Source: Gammaproteobacteria bacterium (GTDB lineage: Bacteria > Pseudomonadota > Gammaproteobacteria > JAKEHO01). From it: 64,000 nt of DNA. The notes beneath the pieces are model-generated. The model saw only the letters and a list, made by a program, of their open reading frames with translations. It was not told where the DNA came from and searched no databases. Positions 10,776 to 21,232 of the stretch are shown here, one piece after another. Every line of letters starts with the position of its first letter. Within the stretch, counting starts at the first letter, position 1. The translations under genes were made by a program, and so were the position numbers. The stretch spans positions 8,034 through 72,033 of the forward strand of contig JAPUIX010000153.1 in assembly GCA_027296625.1 (NCBI GenBank). Direction: 5' to 3'.

Positions 10776-11549
10776 ATGTTCAAGATCACGCCGGTCGCTG
10801 CATTAAAGGACAACTATGTTTGGCTGATTCAGCAAGATGCCGAAAAGCGCGTTGCGATCGTCGATCCGGGCGATGCGGCACCCGTTTTAACGACGTTAAA
10901 GGAAACGGGACTTGATCCTGAAGCCATCTTAATCACGCATCATCACTGGGATCATGTCAACGGAATCCAGGCGCTGGTAGACCACTACACGATTCCGGTC
11001 TACGGTCCTGACACAGAATCATTTCATGGCAAGACCAACGGGCTTACCGAAGGCGACGAAGTCAAACTTACCGCCCTCAATGCTTCCTTCACAATTTTTG
11101 ATGTTCCTGGTCACACTGCCGGCGCTATCGCCTACTACGGACATGGTATGCTTTTCAGCGGCGATACGTTGTTTACTGCTGGATGTGGCCGATTGTTCGA
11201 GGGCACTGCCGAGCAAATGTATCTCTCACTAACAAAACTAGCGAAATTACCAAATGATACCAAGCTCTACTGCGGCCATGAATACACTTTGTCCAACCTA
11301 AGGTTTGCGCAGATGGTAGAACCTGGGAATACAGATATTAAGACGCGCATCCAAACTACACAGCGGTTGCGTGAGAACGGCTTACCCACCGTACCTGACA
11401 TCATGGCAACGGAACTGTTAACGAACCCCTTTTTGCGGACTGATGTCCCCGGGGTCATCGCGGCTGCGGAGTCCTACGCAGGGAAACCGCTATCTGGAGG
11501 TGCTGAGGTATTTGGCGCAATTCGCGCCTGGAAAGACTCAAGCCGGTAA
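10776..11549 (+). CDS. gloB: hydroxyacylglutathione hydrolase (glyoxalase II)
   Basis: Metallo-beta-lactamase fold with HHHWDH zinc motif. Start placed at internal ATG 10776 (MFKITPVAALKDNYVW) because the longer ORF from 10521 would overlap the convergent methyltransferase. Confidence 0.85.
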   Translation: MFKITPVAALKDNYVWLIQQDAEKRVAIVDPGDAAPVLTTLKETGLDPEAILITHHHWDHVNGIQALVDHYTIPVYGPDTESFHGKTNGLTEGDEVKLTALNASFTIFDVPGHTAGAIAYYGHGMLFSGDTLFTAGCGRLFEGTAEQMYLSLTKLAKLPNDTKLYCGHEYTLSNLRFAQMVEPGNTDIKTRIQTTQRLRENGLPTVPDIMATELLTNPFLRTDVPGVIAAAESYAGKPLSGGAEVFGAIRAWKDSSR

Positions 11550-11571
11550 ATTGGAGTATGAAGGATAATAC

Positions 11572-13776
11572 ATGACGGATCTGCTTCGAATACTGCTGCT
11601 TCCTCTGTTGAAGCTGCTGTACCGGGTCAAAGTGATTGGGCTCGAACACTACCATGCCGCTGGTGATCGCGTACTCATCGTGGCGAATCATACCTCGTTG
11701 TTGGACGGGATGTTGCTCGCTGTCTTTCTACCTGGCCATCCAACGTTTGCCATCAACATAAAGATGGCTAAGAAATGGTACCTCCAGCCATTCGTGCCGT
11801 TCGTAAATCTGTTTACCATCGACCCAACGAACCCATTATCCATGAAGGCATTGATCAAGTTTCTTAAATCCGATCGTAAAGCGATCATCTTTCCTGAGGG
11901 GCGCATCACCGTAACGGGATCCTTAATGAAGATCTATGAAGGTCCCGGCATGGTTGCCGAAAAATCAGGCGCGATGGTATTGCCAATCGGTATCGAAGGT
12001 GCACAATTCACGCCCTTCTCATATCTCCGCGGGCGCATTCCGATTTCATGGTTCCCAAAAATTACAATCACAATACTGCCGCCCACTCGAATTGAAGTAC
12101 CCTCGCAAATTCGTGGTCGTGCCCGTAGAAAAGCTGCCAGAGATGTTTTTGAAAACATTATGAAGCAGATGATTTTCAGCACCCGGAATCACCGCACTAC
12201 GATCTTTGCGGCACTGTTAGACGCTGCGACGCACTTTGGCAGTTCGCATGTTATTGCCGAAGACATGGACCGTCATCCAATGACATACAGACAATTGATT
12301 ACGCGCGCATTCATGCTCTCTCGTGCCATCGCACAGCACACGAAACAGGGAGAACGCGTCGGTATCCTACTACCCAACGCTATCGGGAACATCACTACAT
12401 TTATGGCTATGCAGTGTCGGGGCCGTGTGCCCGCGATGCTGAACTTTACTGTTGGCCCCCAGGGACTGTTAAGGGCCTGTCAAACAGCAGAGCTGCGTTC
12501 GGTATACACGTCGCGGCGTTTTATTGAGAGCGCAGAACTCGAAGATAGCGTAGCCCTGCTCCGGGACAAGGTTAATGTGTACTACCTGGAAGACGTACGA
12601 GCAGGCCTCTCGTTGAGACACAAGTTTGCGGCAGTGATCGCAGGGTACTTTCCGCGCCTAACCTTCGAACGGATCAGAGGCACAGTGACGCCGGATGACC
12701 CCGCACTGGTCCTCTTCACCTCTGGCTCAGAGGGCCTTCCCAAAGGCGTGGTATTGTCACACAGCAATCTACTGGCAAATTGCGCACAAGTGCACTGTTA
12801 CATCGACTTCACGCCACGTGATATCGTGTTTTTGGCCTTACCTATGTTTCATTCCTTTGGCATTACAGTCGGGGTACTGCTGCCGCTCTTAGAGGGAAGC
12901 AAGGTCTTTCTGTACCCGTCACCACTGCACTATCGCTTGATACCGGAGATCTCATACCAGATTGGTGCAACGATTCTATTCGGAACCAACACGTTCCTGG
13001 CCGGCTACGCCCGCTATGCACACCCGTATGATTTTTACTCCATGCGCCATGTCGTGGCCGGTGCGGAGAAGCTGCAGGATGACACCCGCCGCATCTGGGC
13101 GGATAAGTTTGGTATCCGCATTCTGGAAGGATATGGCGTCACGGAAGCGAGTCCCGCAATTTCCGTAAACAACTATATGGGCAACAAGCCTGGTACCGTC
13201 GGGCGCTTCGTCATTGGCATGGACTGGTATTTGGCGCCAGTCCCTGGCATGACAGAGGGTGGGCGTCTCGTCGTGCGTGGCCCCAACATCATGAAAGGCT
13301 ATCTCTTGCATGGCAACCAAGGCAAGCTGACACCTCCCTCGACAGAGCGCGGCGAAGGTTGGTATGACACCGGCGACATCGTACACGTCGATAAAGACGG
13401 CTTTATCACAATCGTGGGACGCGCGAGGCGATTTGCCAAGATTGGTGGCGAGATGGTTTCGCTATCAACCGTCGAAGAAGTGGCTCGCAAGGCCTGGCCC
13501 AACGGCACCCACGCTGCTGTCAGCTTGGTAGACAAGAGAAAAGGGGAACGAATCATTCTTGTTACGGACTACGAGGAAGCAGAACGCAGGGATCTCGTTG
13601 AAGTGACACGTGCACGCGGCATCGGCGAGCTTTATATCCCACGAACCATCATGATCATCGACGCCCTACCGATACTCGGTACAGGCAAGGTTGACTACAC
13701 AACCCTGACCGATCGGGTGCAATCGCGGCAGGTAGAGGAAGCACTCGAACCGTTCGAGGCCACCGATCCACACTAG
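11572..13776 (+). CDS. aas: bifunctional 2-acylglycerophosphoethanolamine acyltransferase / acyl-ACP synthetase (Aas-like)
   Basis: 734 aa. N-terminal PlsC-type acyltransferase domain with HxxxxD (ANHTSLLDG). C-terminal AMP-binding adenylation domain (LFTSGSEGLPKGV). Confidence 0.75.
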   Translation: MTDLLRILLLPLLKLLYRVKVIGLEHYHAAGDRVLIVANHTSLLDGMLLAVFLPGHPTFAINIKMAKKWYLQPFVPFVNLFTIDPTNPLSMKALIKFLKSDRKAIIFPEGRITVTGSLMKIYEGPGMVAEKSGAMVLPIGIEGAQFTPFSYLRGRIPISWFPKITITILPPTRIEVPSQIRGRARRKAARDVFENIMKQMIFSTRNHRTTIFAALLDAATHFGSSHVIAEDMDRHPMTYRQLITRAFMLSRAIAQHTKQGERVGILLPNAIGNITTFMAMQCRGRVPAMLNFTVGPQGLLRACQTAELRSVYTSRRFIESAELEDSVALLRDKVNVYYLEDVRAGLSLRHKFAAVIAGYFPRLTFERIRGTVTPDDPALVLFTSGSEGLPKGVVLSHSNLLANCAQVHCYIDFTPRDIVFLALPMFHSFGITVGVLLPLLEGSKVFLYPSPLHYRLIPEISYQIGATILFGTNTFLAGYARYAHPYDFYSMRHVVAGAEKLQDDTRRIWADKFGIRILEGYGVTEASPAISVNNYMGNKPGTVGRFVIGMDWYLAPVPGMTEGGRLVVRGPNIMKGYLLHGNQGKLTPPSTERGEGWYDTGDIVHVDKDGFITIVGRARRFAKIGGEMVSLSTVEEVARKAWPNGTHAAVSLVDKRKGERIILVTDYEEAERRDLVEVTRARGIGELYIPRTIMIIDALPILGTGKVDYTTLTDRVQSRQVEEALEPFEATDPH

Positions 13777-14243
13777 TCGGCTAGGCCCGCCTCGATCGCA
13801 TTGATTACGTCGTTCTCGACCTCCCACCATAGCTCTTCTGCCGGACTACCCTCGGCGACAACAGACGGGCGTTTAAAAAGGATCGTAGTCACCCCCTGTT
13901 TGTGAATGATCGTTATGCTCAACGGACAGAGGGCAAGCATGCGAGGATCCGCATTGCTGACCTGGTTGGTATACCAGGGATTGCAAAATACCATGCTCCG
14001 GATCCCTTCGAGCTGGTTGCGGTTATAGTCCTCTCCCCATCGTTCCGCGTTGCGAGCAAGGCTCTTGCCCATATTGGCCTCGAATATCACGTAGTAGCCA
14101 GCCTCCTCTAGCGACTTGTAAACCGTGTCGTACACTACATCCATGGGCTGGTGGACGGACTTTTCGTAGATCACCCCCGATTCTGCGTAGGCGTTCCATG
14201 CCAGCCAGATCACCATTAAGAACGCCAGCCGTATTTTCTTCAT
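13773..14243 (-). CDS. DUF302 domain exported protein
   Basis: Signal peptide from MKKIRLAFLMVIWLAWNAYA (internal start at 14243). DUF302-like body. Confidence 0.55.
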   Translation of the reverse strand: MKKIRLAFLMVIWLAWNAYAESGVIYEKSVHQPMDVVYDTVYKSLEEAGYYVIFEANMGKSLARNAERWGEDYNRNQLEGIRSMVFCNPWYTNQVSNADPRMLALCPLSITIIHKQGVTTILFKRPSVVAEGSPAEELWWEVENDVINAIEAGLAD

Positions 14244-14346
14244 CGCAAAACCCTCAATCATTGACCTACCTAAACATTACCTTCTATTTTCATTGATGCA
14301 CGCGGCAATTGCACCTCAGAATGAACAAAACTTGGCGGGATCACGA

Positions 14347-16812
14347 TCATGCAGACGCAGGACGTGGACAGCTAATTGCAGCCACCCCGTACAGGCAGAG
14401 CGCCAGCAGGATGACTGTCATAAAGCCAAACTGAATCGCCAACACGGTTGCGAGTACTGCACTGATCACTGAAGCGCAACCGTTAATGCCCCAAGCCCAC
14501 GGAATCATCGCCGGTGCGACATTAGCGACGCGCAATAGTCCCATTGGAAAGGGCATCCCCATACAAAACGCGAGCGGCGCGATCAATAGCAGAGAAATCG
14601 CAACCTTTGCCGCGTCTGCCATCGGCATTAACCAAACAAATATTCCGGGAAGCACAACGAGGTAGCTGAGCGCGACCAAGCTGATCCCGCCGATCGGCCA
14701 TAGCACGCTTTGATTTCCAACCCCATGGCTGCGCCTTCCTGCAAAGATGCTGCCAAGACCGGCAAAAAAGAGGAACCCAGCTAGTACAACCGACACCGCA
14801 TATAACGGGTGACTGAGAAATAAGATGAATTTCTGGATGAATGCGATTTCGATGAACAGAAAGGCTAAACCCACGGCAAAAAAATACAAAGACACGCGCC
14901 CACTCTGTTGCCATTTCACATCTTCTATCACCTCGTGACGTCTCCTGACCACAAGCGGTAGCAATATCAATACAAAACTTGCAAGCACTGCCTGAAGCAA
15001 CGTCGCAATAAGGACTAAATAGCCGAGCTCAAGCATTGACAGACCGCCGCGCCCACGCAATGCTAGGATCTCAGGCAAAATGGCCCATTTGAAGAACTTG
15101 AAGAAATACGGTTTATCATCCGTTGTGGGCGTAATATCGAACTTATACCGTTCAATGAAACTATCACGCTCATCACCTAAAAGATTCGACGCTGCCTCAA
15201 AGAAGAATGCTTGGTCCAGTATGTTGTATTGATTTGCTTCTTGAGCCTGCATCCCCGGATAATAAGCGACGTCAAACCAGCGTGAATCACAGAACGCGCG
15301 CATGATCCCAATCTCTTCATTCGTAAATATCCCGTTTTTAACCAACAAGGTGCTCGTCTTCCAGCCGCGAATCCACACGATGCGATCTTCAGGATCATTA
15401 ACGTCCATCTGCTCCAGCGCCGTCACAATTGTTGCAAAGAGTTTGGCGCCATCCCGCGGTGGAAGCTTGACCCAGCGAGTGATCGCTAGCATCCCTTCTG
15501 GTTTGAGCCGCTGCAGGTAGGTCTGCACTGCTTCAACCGTATAGAGATAACTCTCGCTAAGGGCGTACAAGCCTGCAGACGAAGCATTAAAGGCATCCAG
15601 CAAGGCAACCTGAATCAAATCAAAATGACGATCACTTTTGGCGACATAGCCTCGAGCCTCAGCAACATGAACATGGACGGGATCAAGGTTGTACAGCCCG
15701 CCTGCAAAATCGGCATAGGCATGTTGCACGAGATCAACAATGTCAGGGTTGAGCTCGACAGCATCAATCTCGCGGGCATCATGATAAAGGGCCTGCAATA
15801 CATCTGCCCCACCGCCTGCACCAAGAATCAGAACACGGGGTGTATCCAGCAAATGGTAAGGCAGCGCCGAAGGTAGGAAATCTAAATAAGCTAATTGATC
15901 CGTCTCGCCGTTATATCGCGTGATGACACTCAACGAGTCGCCGTCGGTAAAAAGTCCCAATTGTGGCGGCGGCTCGCTTTGATTATTCAGACTCAGACCC
16001 GGGGCATGTCGAAATGGAATGATCGGGCTCTCCACCAATGTGACCAAACCCAAGGGACTTGATCGCTCATCAATGCTATCCGCACCGATGACCTGGAGCG
16101 CCTGACTTAATCCCTTGTATTGGATTGGTGTGATTTCCATCCATCGTTCTGGCAACCCAATTGGCAATAGCACGGCGATGAGGACTAAAACCGTGCCCAG
16201 CCATCGAGGTTGCCCTCTCAACCCGATCCAGGACACAGCGGATGCGATCACGGCAACGGCACCCAGAAATTTCACTGCATCCATGGGCGCAAAGATGAAC
16301 AACAAGAGGATGATTCCCAATGCGCCCCCGCCAGCACCAACAAGATTGACTCCATATATTCTGTGGATCGATCCAGTAAACCGGCACAACGCTAGACCAA
16401 TACAGTTAGCAGCAAAAAAAAATGGGAAAAAAAGCAACAGATTAAGTACAAGCAACCATAACCACTGATGGTAATCCCACAAGATCTCAAGCGGATTGAA
16501 TGGGACATGTTGTGCCAATAGCACGCCCACCAACATGAACACTGCAATAAACAGTCCATTAACTACGTAGGCGACCGGAAAGTTCTTTGATAAACGATGG
16601 AAGGTGAGCGAAAGAAACGCTCCGCTCGCTCCGAAGCCAAGCAATGCGACGCTGATCATCATGTAGGCGAAATGATGCCATAGGATGATCGAAAAGATAC
16701 GCATCAACAAGATCTCGTACGCAAGCGTGAGCGCAGAGATCAGTCCGATGGAGATAAGAAAGGGAACTGAAGGTTGAGAGTTTTGACCGCTTGCGTCTGC
16801 CCCTCTAGTCAA
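14347..16812 (-). CDS. polytopic membrane protein with embedded spermidine-synthase-like (class I MTase fold) domain
   Basis: 821 aa. About 8 N-terminal TM helices. Central soluble region with spermidine synthase-type motif (VLILGAGGGADV...EIDAVELNPDIV). At least 4 C-terminal TM helices. Starts 18 bp after the stop of the exported pcm paralog. Confidence 0.7.
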   Translation of the reverse strand: MTRGADASGQNSQPSVPFLISIGLISALTLAYEILLMRIFSIILWHHFAYMMISVALLGFGASGAFLSLTFHRLSKNFPVAYVVNGLFIAVFMLVGVLLAQHVPFNPLEILWDYHQWLWLLVLNLLLFFPFFFAANCIGLALCRFTGSIHRIYGVNLVGAGGGALGIILLLFIFAPMDAVKFLGAVAVIASAVSWIGLRGQPRWLGTVLVLIAVLLPIGLPERWMEITPIQYKGLSQALQVIGADSIDERSSPLGLVTLVESPIIPFRHAPGLSLNNQSEPPPQLGLFTDGDSLSVITRYNGETDQLAYLDFLPSALPYHLLDTPRVLILGAGGGADVLQALYHDAREIDAVELNPDIVDLVQHAYADFAGGLYNLDPVHVHVAEARGYVAKSDRHFDLIQVALLDAFNASSAGLYALSESYLYTVEAVQTYLQRLKPEGMLAITRWVKLPPRDGAKLFATIVTALEQMDVNDPEDRIVWIRGWKTSTLLVKNGIFTNEEIGIMRAFCDSRWFDVAYYPGMQAQEANQYNILDQAFFFEAASNLLGDERDSFIERYKFDITPTTDDKPYFFKFFKWAILPEILALRGRGGLSMLELGYLVLIATLLQAVLASFVLILLPLVVRRRHEVIEDVKWQQSGRVSLYFFAVGLAFLFIEIAFIQKFILFLSHPLYAVSVVLAGFLFFAGLGSIFAGRRSHGVGNQSVLWPIGGISLVALSYLVVLPGIFVWLMPMADAAKVAISLLLIAPLAFCMGMPFPMGLLRVANVAPAMIPWAWGINGCASVISAVLATVLAIQFGFMTVILLALCLYGVAAISCPRPASA

Positions 16813-16830
16813 GATTGCGCGTCCACAACG

Positions 16831-17655
16831 TTAGTGTCCCCCGGTAAATGGAACAAAGCGAACCGGTAATAATTCTCTTGTAGTGATCTTTCCGTCGATA
16901 TTCTTCTCAACCAACACCAAATATTGAGTCATAAAACCGCTGCCAACCGGGATCACCATTTTGCCGCCGGGCTTGAGTTGATCGATGAGAGGCGGAGGAA
17001 TATACCCGGCCGCTGCAGTGACCACGATGGCATCGAAGGGGGCATTTTGTTCCCAACCGTAGTATCCGTCACCAATACGTGTTGTGATATTCTGATAATT
17101 TAGCCGTTGCAGACGTTCGCTCGCTTGCTGGCCCAGTTCCTCAATGATCTCAATCGTGAACACCTGCTTGACGAGTTTAGCCAACAGCGCCGCTTGGTAT
17201 CCCGAACCTGTTCCAATTTCGAGCACTACACCGTTACCATCCAAATTCACAACGTCAGTCATCAATGCGACGATGTAGGGTTGCGAAATGGTCTGTCCGT
17301 AACCAATCGGCAATGGCCTATTAACGTAGGCATATTTACGGACGTTGGAAGGAACGAATTCGTGGCGGGGAACGGTTGCCATCGCTTCCATGACGCGCTC
17401 GCTCAGATCTGATTTTCCAATTTCCGTGCTGGTCGCACGCACATCGGCCCTGATCTCCATCACCATTCTCCTCCGGGCCTCGGCGTAATCATTGGCGGCA
17501 GATACCAGAAACGGCATCGAAGACAAGGTCAAAATCAGCTGGCAGACGAGAAGAACTCTTAACGTCAGCATACGCGTACACACGTTCCGATCAGTTTTAC
17601 AGTGTGCGGGAAAATATATCCAAGCAATGTTAACAGGCAGCGAATACTTGTGCAT
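16831..17655 (-). CDS. protein-L-isoaspartate O-methyltransferase paralog with N-terminal signal peptide
   Basis: PIMT core ([33 protein letters not shown]). Probable true start at 17571 (MLTLRVLLVCQLILTLSSMPFLVSA-ANDY), giving a Sec-type signal peptide. Confidence 0.8.
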   Translation of the reverse strand: MHKYSLPVNIAWIYFPAHCKTDRNVCTRMLTLRVLLVCQLILTLSSMPFLVSAANDYAEARRRMVMEIRADVRATSTEIGKSDLSERVMEAMATVPRHEFVPSNVRKYAYVNRPLPIGYGQTISQPYIVALMTDVVNLDGNGVVLEIGTGSGYQAALLAKLVKQVFTIEIIEELGQQASERLQRLNYQNITTRIGDGYYGWEQNAPFDAIVVTAAAGYIPPPLIDQLKPGGKMVIPVGSGFMTQYLVLVEKNIDGKITTRELLPVRFVPFTGGH

Positions 17656-17814
17656 TCAACCGTGAATGGCCATCAGACGAACGCAGCGCGTTTCTAAGGG
17701 GCGCCAGCATGTCGCTGCCCTATTATGTTGTCTTTAATGCCCAAAGCATGCTAGAACCCTATATCAGAGCGCCAACATCACTCGAGCCATTGCACCGAGT
17801 CAGGTCGCTTTCGA

Positions 17815-18921
17815 TTGCGACAGTATTTCATCTTCAAACTCTTTGCCGTATGCGCGCTGTTGCTCGGTGCGCCACTCGTCGGCGTACTGCTCACCGGAAA
17901 ACCCCTGACTGTCTACCTCGAATTTCCTCCCGTCACCCGCTACGTCGCACATGCTACGTTATCCTGGCCACTCTTTATCATGGCAGCACTCAGCGGGTTC
18001 GTGCTTTTGGCTTGGATCGTATTCCTAGCAATCCCTGACGCAGCAGCCCCATCAAGACCCAGCGTGTCGCGAAGATCCATGCCGTGGTGGGGTTGGCTTG
18101 CGCTCATGTCGCTCGCCGTATTCTGGATGCTGGCCTGGAGCCGATTTGCTTGGTTTCGACCGCTGCAACAGTTCACCTTCACTCCCTTGTGGCTTTCCTA
18201 CATTGTGCTTATCAATGCGCTCGTCTACCGACGGACCCAAGCGTCGCTCGTCACTCACAGACCAGGTTCCTTATTGGCCTTGTTCCCAGCCAGTGTTCTG
18301 TTTTGGTGGTACTTCGAATATCTAAACCGGTTTGTGCAGAACTGGTATTACATTGGAATTGAAAGCTTTGGCCCGGGCGAATACACACTGCACACAAGTC
18401 TAGCCTTCTCGACTGTCCTGCCAGCCGTCATCAGTACCCTGGCATGGGTAAAATCGTTCCCACAGCTCGCCGAGCGGCGCCTCAGATGGCGCGTCACGAT
18501 CCCACCATCACCGCGGGGCGCGCGCTTGACTATTGTGATCGCCTGCTGTGGCCTTGTGGGGCTTCCGATCTGGCCCGATTACCTGTTTCCCCTCATTTGG
18601 ATTACACCCTTGCTGCTCATCGTTTCTGTCCAGGTGGTCCTGGGCGAACGCACGGTATTTGCCCCGCTAGCTGACGGCGACTGGCGCCCGGTCTACCTGC
18701 CTGCCATCGCGGCGCTCATATGTGGCTTGTTTTGGGAGATGTTTAACTATTTGAGCTACGCCAAGTGGATCTATTCCATCCCATTTGTACAGCGCTACGA
18801 GATCTTTGAGATGCCGCTCGTAGGTTACATGGGTTACCTGCCATTTGGACTCGAGTGCCTGGTCATCGCCGACCTGGTAGAGCGCCTTAGACATCGGTCT
18901 GACGCACAGCAACGGGCCTAA
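17815..18921 (+). CDS. hypothetical polytopic membrane protein
   Basis: 368 aa with a TTG start. About 8-10 hydrophobic segments. No recognisable catalytic motif. Divergent from the exported pcm paralog. Confidence 0.5.
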   Translation: MRQYFIFKLFAVCALLLGAPLVGVLLTGKPLTVYLEFPPVTRYVAHATLSWPLFIMAALSGFVLLAWIVFLAIPDAAAPSRPSVSRRSMPWWGWLALMSLAVFWMLAWSRFAWFRPLQQFTFTPLWLSYIVLINALVYRRTQASLVTHRPGSLLALFPASVLFWWYFEYLNRFVQNWYYIGIESFGPGEYTLHTSLAFSTVLPAVISTLAWVKSFPQLAERRLRWRVTIPPSPRGARLTIVIACCGLVGLPIWPDYLFPLIWITPLLLIVSVQVVLGERTVFAPLADGDWRPVYLPAIAALICGLFWEMFNYLSYAKWIYSIPFVQRYEIFEMPLVGYMGYLPFGLECLVIADLVERLRHRSDAQQRA

Positions 18922-18934
18922 GCGACACCAGCCA

Positions 18935-19549
18935 CTATCGACTGCGTTGATAAGTCCCCATGAGCTCGGCCTTGGCCAGAATGTGTTCCTCCATGGCGGC
19001 CTCCAACTCTGCTTTGGTGGGCTTACTAAGGTCTTCTAAGATGACATCGAGCGCATAAAGCTTGTAAAAATATCGATGGCGTCCGATGGGTGGGCACGGC
19101 CCCTTATAGCCTGTCTGCTGCCAGTCATTGCGTCCCTCCTTGGTACCGGTAGGCAGATCCTTCGTCGAGACGGCTTCGGATAATCCGGGCGCCGATGCAG
19201 GCAGGTTATACAATACCCAATGCACCCACGTCATTTTCGGCGCAGCCGGATCAGGCGCGTCCGGATCGTCAACGATCAACACAAAACTCTGTGTTCGCTG
19301 GGGGATATCGGACCACGACAGCGCCGGTGAGATATCTTTGCCATCACAGGTATACGCGGACGGGATTTCCCCATTTTGACTGAATGCCGACGATGTCAGT
19401 GAAAGACCCATCTGAATACCCTCTCCTCGTCTATCTGCGAATGCGCTGTGCGATGCGAAGAATGCAAGTCCAGCAACACTCAAAATGAACCAAATTGTAC
19501 CGGGTCGATGCCTGTTGGATCGCGCACTGCTCACGGAATTCTCTACCAA
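18935..19549 (-). CDS. YbhB/YbcL family PEBP-like protein, exported
   Basis: Signal peptide. PEBP signature (FVLIVDDPDAP...HWVLYNL...GYKGPCPPIGRHRYFYKLYALD). Confidence 0.75.
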   Translation of the reverse strand: MVENSVSSARSNRHRPGTIWFILSVAGLAFFASHSAFADRRGEGIQMGLSLTSSAFSQNGEIPSAYTCDGKDISPALSWSDIPQRTQSFVLIVDDPDAPDPAAPKMTWVHWVLYNLPASAPGLSEAVSTKDLPTGTKEGRNDWQQTGYKGPCPPIGRHRYFYKLYALDVILEDLSKPTKAELEAAMEEHILAKAELMGTYQRSR

Positions 19550-19672
19550 TGCTCTCTGACCCCGCCAGCTTATACCTGAAATGGATCAGTAACATCTATC
19601 GCGGCTCACCGCGACACTATCCAAAAGCATAGCGCACCCATAACCGGGATGTCTGCGGGTAGTCCCCTGCCT

Positions 19673-20356
19673 TTAGTGCCCCTTTTTCGGCGCCCCCGAC
19701 GCTAGCCGGTGAGCCCAACGCGTAGTTTCCGGCAGTCTATAGCGCCCGGTGCAGGTCATAACAAAGTCGATCGCGGAGTCCAGACCCACTCGATGGCCGA
19801 TTGATACATAGACAGGTCTCACATTGGCACGCGTCCTCACCACGGCGCCGATGACTTCATCCTTGTCACGCAGGGGCTGCCATGCGCCCCGTTTATTCGA
19901 CACGGCGTCGTGGTAACCGACCAACAGCGTCTTCGCAACGCCAATACTGGCAATTCCGGTCAACACCCCAAGATGGCAAGCCAGACCAAAGCGACGTGGA
20001 TGGGCATATCCCTGCCCATCGCAAAGTATGAGCGTCGGTAACTGCTCTATTCCTTCCATCGCCTCAAGTACGGCCGGAATCTCTCGAAACGAGAGCAATC
20101 CAGGCACATAGGGAAAGGTGGTGGGTCGGCGTCTCACGACACATTCGTGCAGTTCAAGCATTGGATATGTGAGCACGGCGATAGCCGCTCGGGTAATGCG
20201 ACCACTCGCCTCATATCCAACATCCACGCCGGCCACAAAGCGCACCGGATCCAGTCTGTCTTCCTTGATAACCTCGCCTCTAAGCTGTTCCTGGATGGAT
20301 TTTGCTTCGCGGGGCGTGACGTCCCAGCTGTGACGTGATGGAATGTCCACCGTCAC
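19673..20356 (-). CDS. nfi: endonuclease V (deoxyinosine 3' endonuclease)
   Basis: 227 aa. Motifs VAGVDVGYE and [22 protein letters not shown] are typical of Nfi. Confidence 0.85.
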   Translation of the reverse strand: MTVDIPSRHSWDVTPREAKSIQEQLRGEVIKEDRLDPVRFVAGVDVGYEASGRITRAAIAVLTYPMLELHECVVRRRPTTFPYVPGLLSFREIPAVLEAMEGIEQLPTLILCDGQGYAHPRRFGLACHLGVLTGIASIGVAKTLLVGYHDAVSNKRGAWQPLRDKDEVIGAVVRTRANVRPVYVSIGHRVGLDSAIDFVMTCTGRYRLPETTRWAHRLASGAPKKGH

Positions 20357-20455
20357 GTGATCAAACCTGTCAGGAAGACCACACCCACCGAGAGGACATT
20401 AGCCTTCACATCACGATGCTCATCTGCAAGATACGCTTCCTAGGCGCCACAGCAC

Positions 20456-21232
20456 TCAAGGTGGGCTGTCGGCACCGCCTACGGCTTTCATCAGATCGCT
20501 AAGAATTGCCTTAACCAGGATCTCGCCTTTCTCTCGAGTCGCAAGCGTCGGATCACCGTACACGCCACTTGGCGAATAATTCGGTCCTTTCGGATCCGTG
20601 CGATTTAATGGGCCACTGGTCATCTCAAATATGCATGTCTCAGCCTTTTCCATATGTACCAGGTGCGGCGCGATGGCCAGCATGATCGAGGTCTCAAGCT
20701 CATCCGCATGGCTGCCACAGGGCTGGGCTGTGATTCGCTGAGCCGCTTCGCGGAAATCGGGCCCATCGTAGATGTTAACAAGCGTAATGCCTCGGCCCGT
20801 ACCAATCTGCTCTATGGCTGCGTTCAATGGCCCGATCGTACTAATGCCGGTATTCAAGACGACGATGGCGCGCGCGCCAGCTCGCGAAATGCCATTCAAA
20901 ATCTCGCAAATACTGGACTTGAACGTGTCATAGGAGACACTGCAGCTACCCGGGTAGTCGACAAACGCTGGATAATGCCCGTATCCCACGGGTGGCCAGA
21001 CGACAACATATGCAGCATTTGAAAGCTCATCCGCAAACCAATCTGCCTGCAGGCGATCGGTGTTCATCGGCAGATGGCGTCCATGCTGTTTACATGCCGC
21101 ACCGACCGGTAACACCGCCGTTGCACCTGCATCGAGGTGGCTTTGCACCACCGGCCACGTGACGTCCTCCAGCTTTATGCCCCGCTCACTGCTGCGGCAA
21201 ACCATCGTCGGCCTGTCTCTCAAGTGCGCCAA
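20456..21232 (-). CDS. creatininase-family amidohydrolase
   Basis: 258 aa. Creatininase/MftE-like motifs (TAVLPVGAACKQHGRHLP, GSHADELETS). Confidence 0.7.
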   Translation of the reverse strand: MAHLRDRPTMVCRSSERGIKLEDVTWPVVQSHLDAGATAVLPVGAACKQHGRHLPMNTDRLQADWFADELSNAAYVVVWPPVGYGHYPAFVDYPGSCSVSYDTFKSSICEILNGISRAGARAIVVLNTGISTIGPLNAAIEQIGTGRGITLVNIYDGPDFREAAQRITAQPCGSHADELETSIMLAIAPHLVHMEKAETCIFEMTSGPLNRTDPKGPNYSPSGVYGDPTLATREKGEILVKAILSDLMKAVGGADSPP

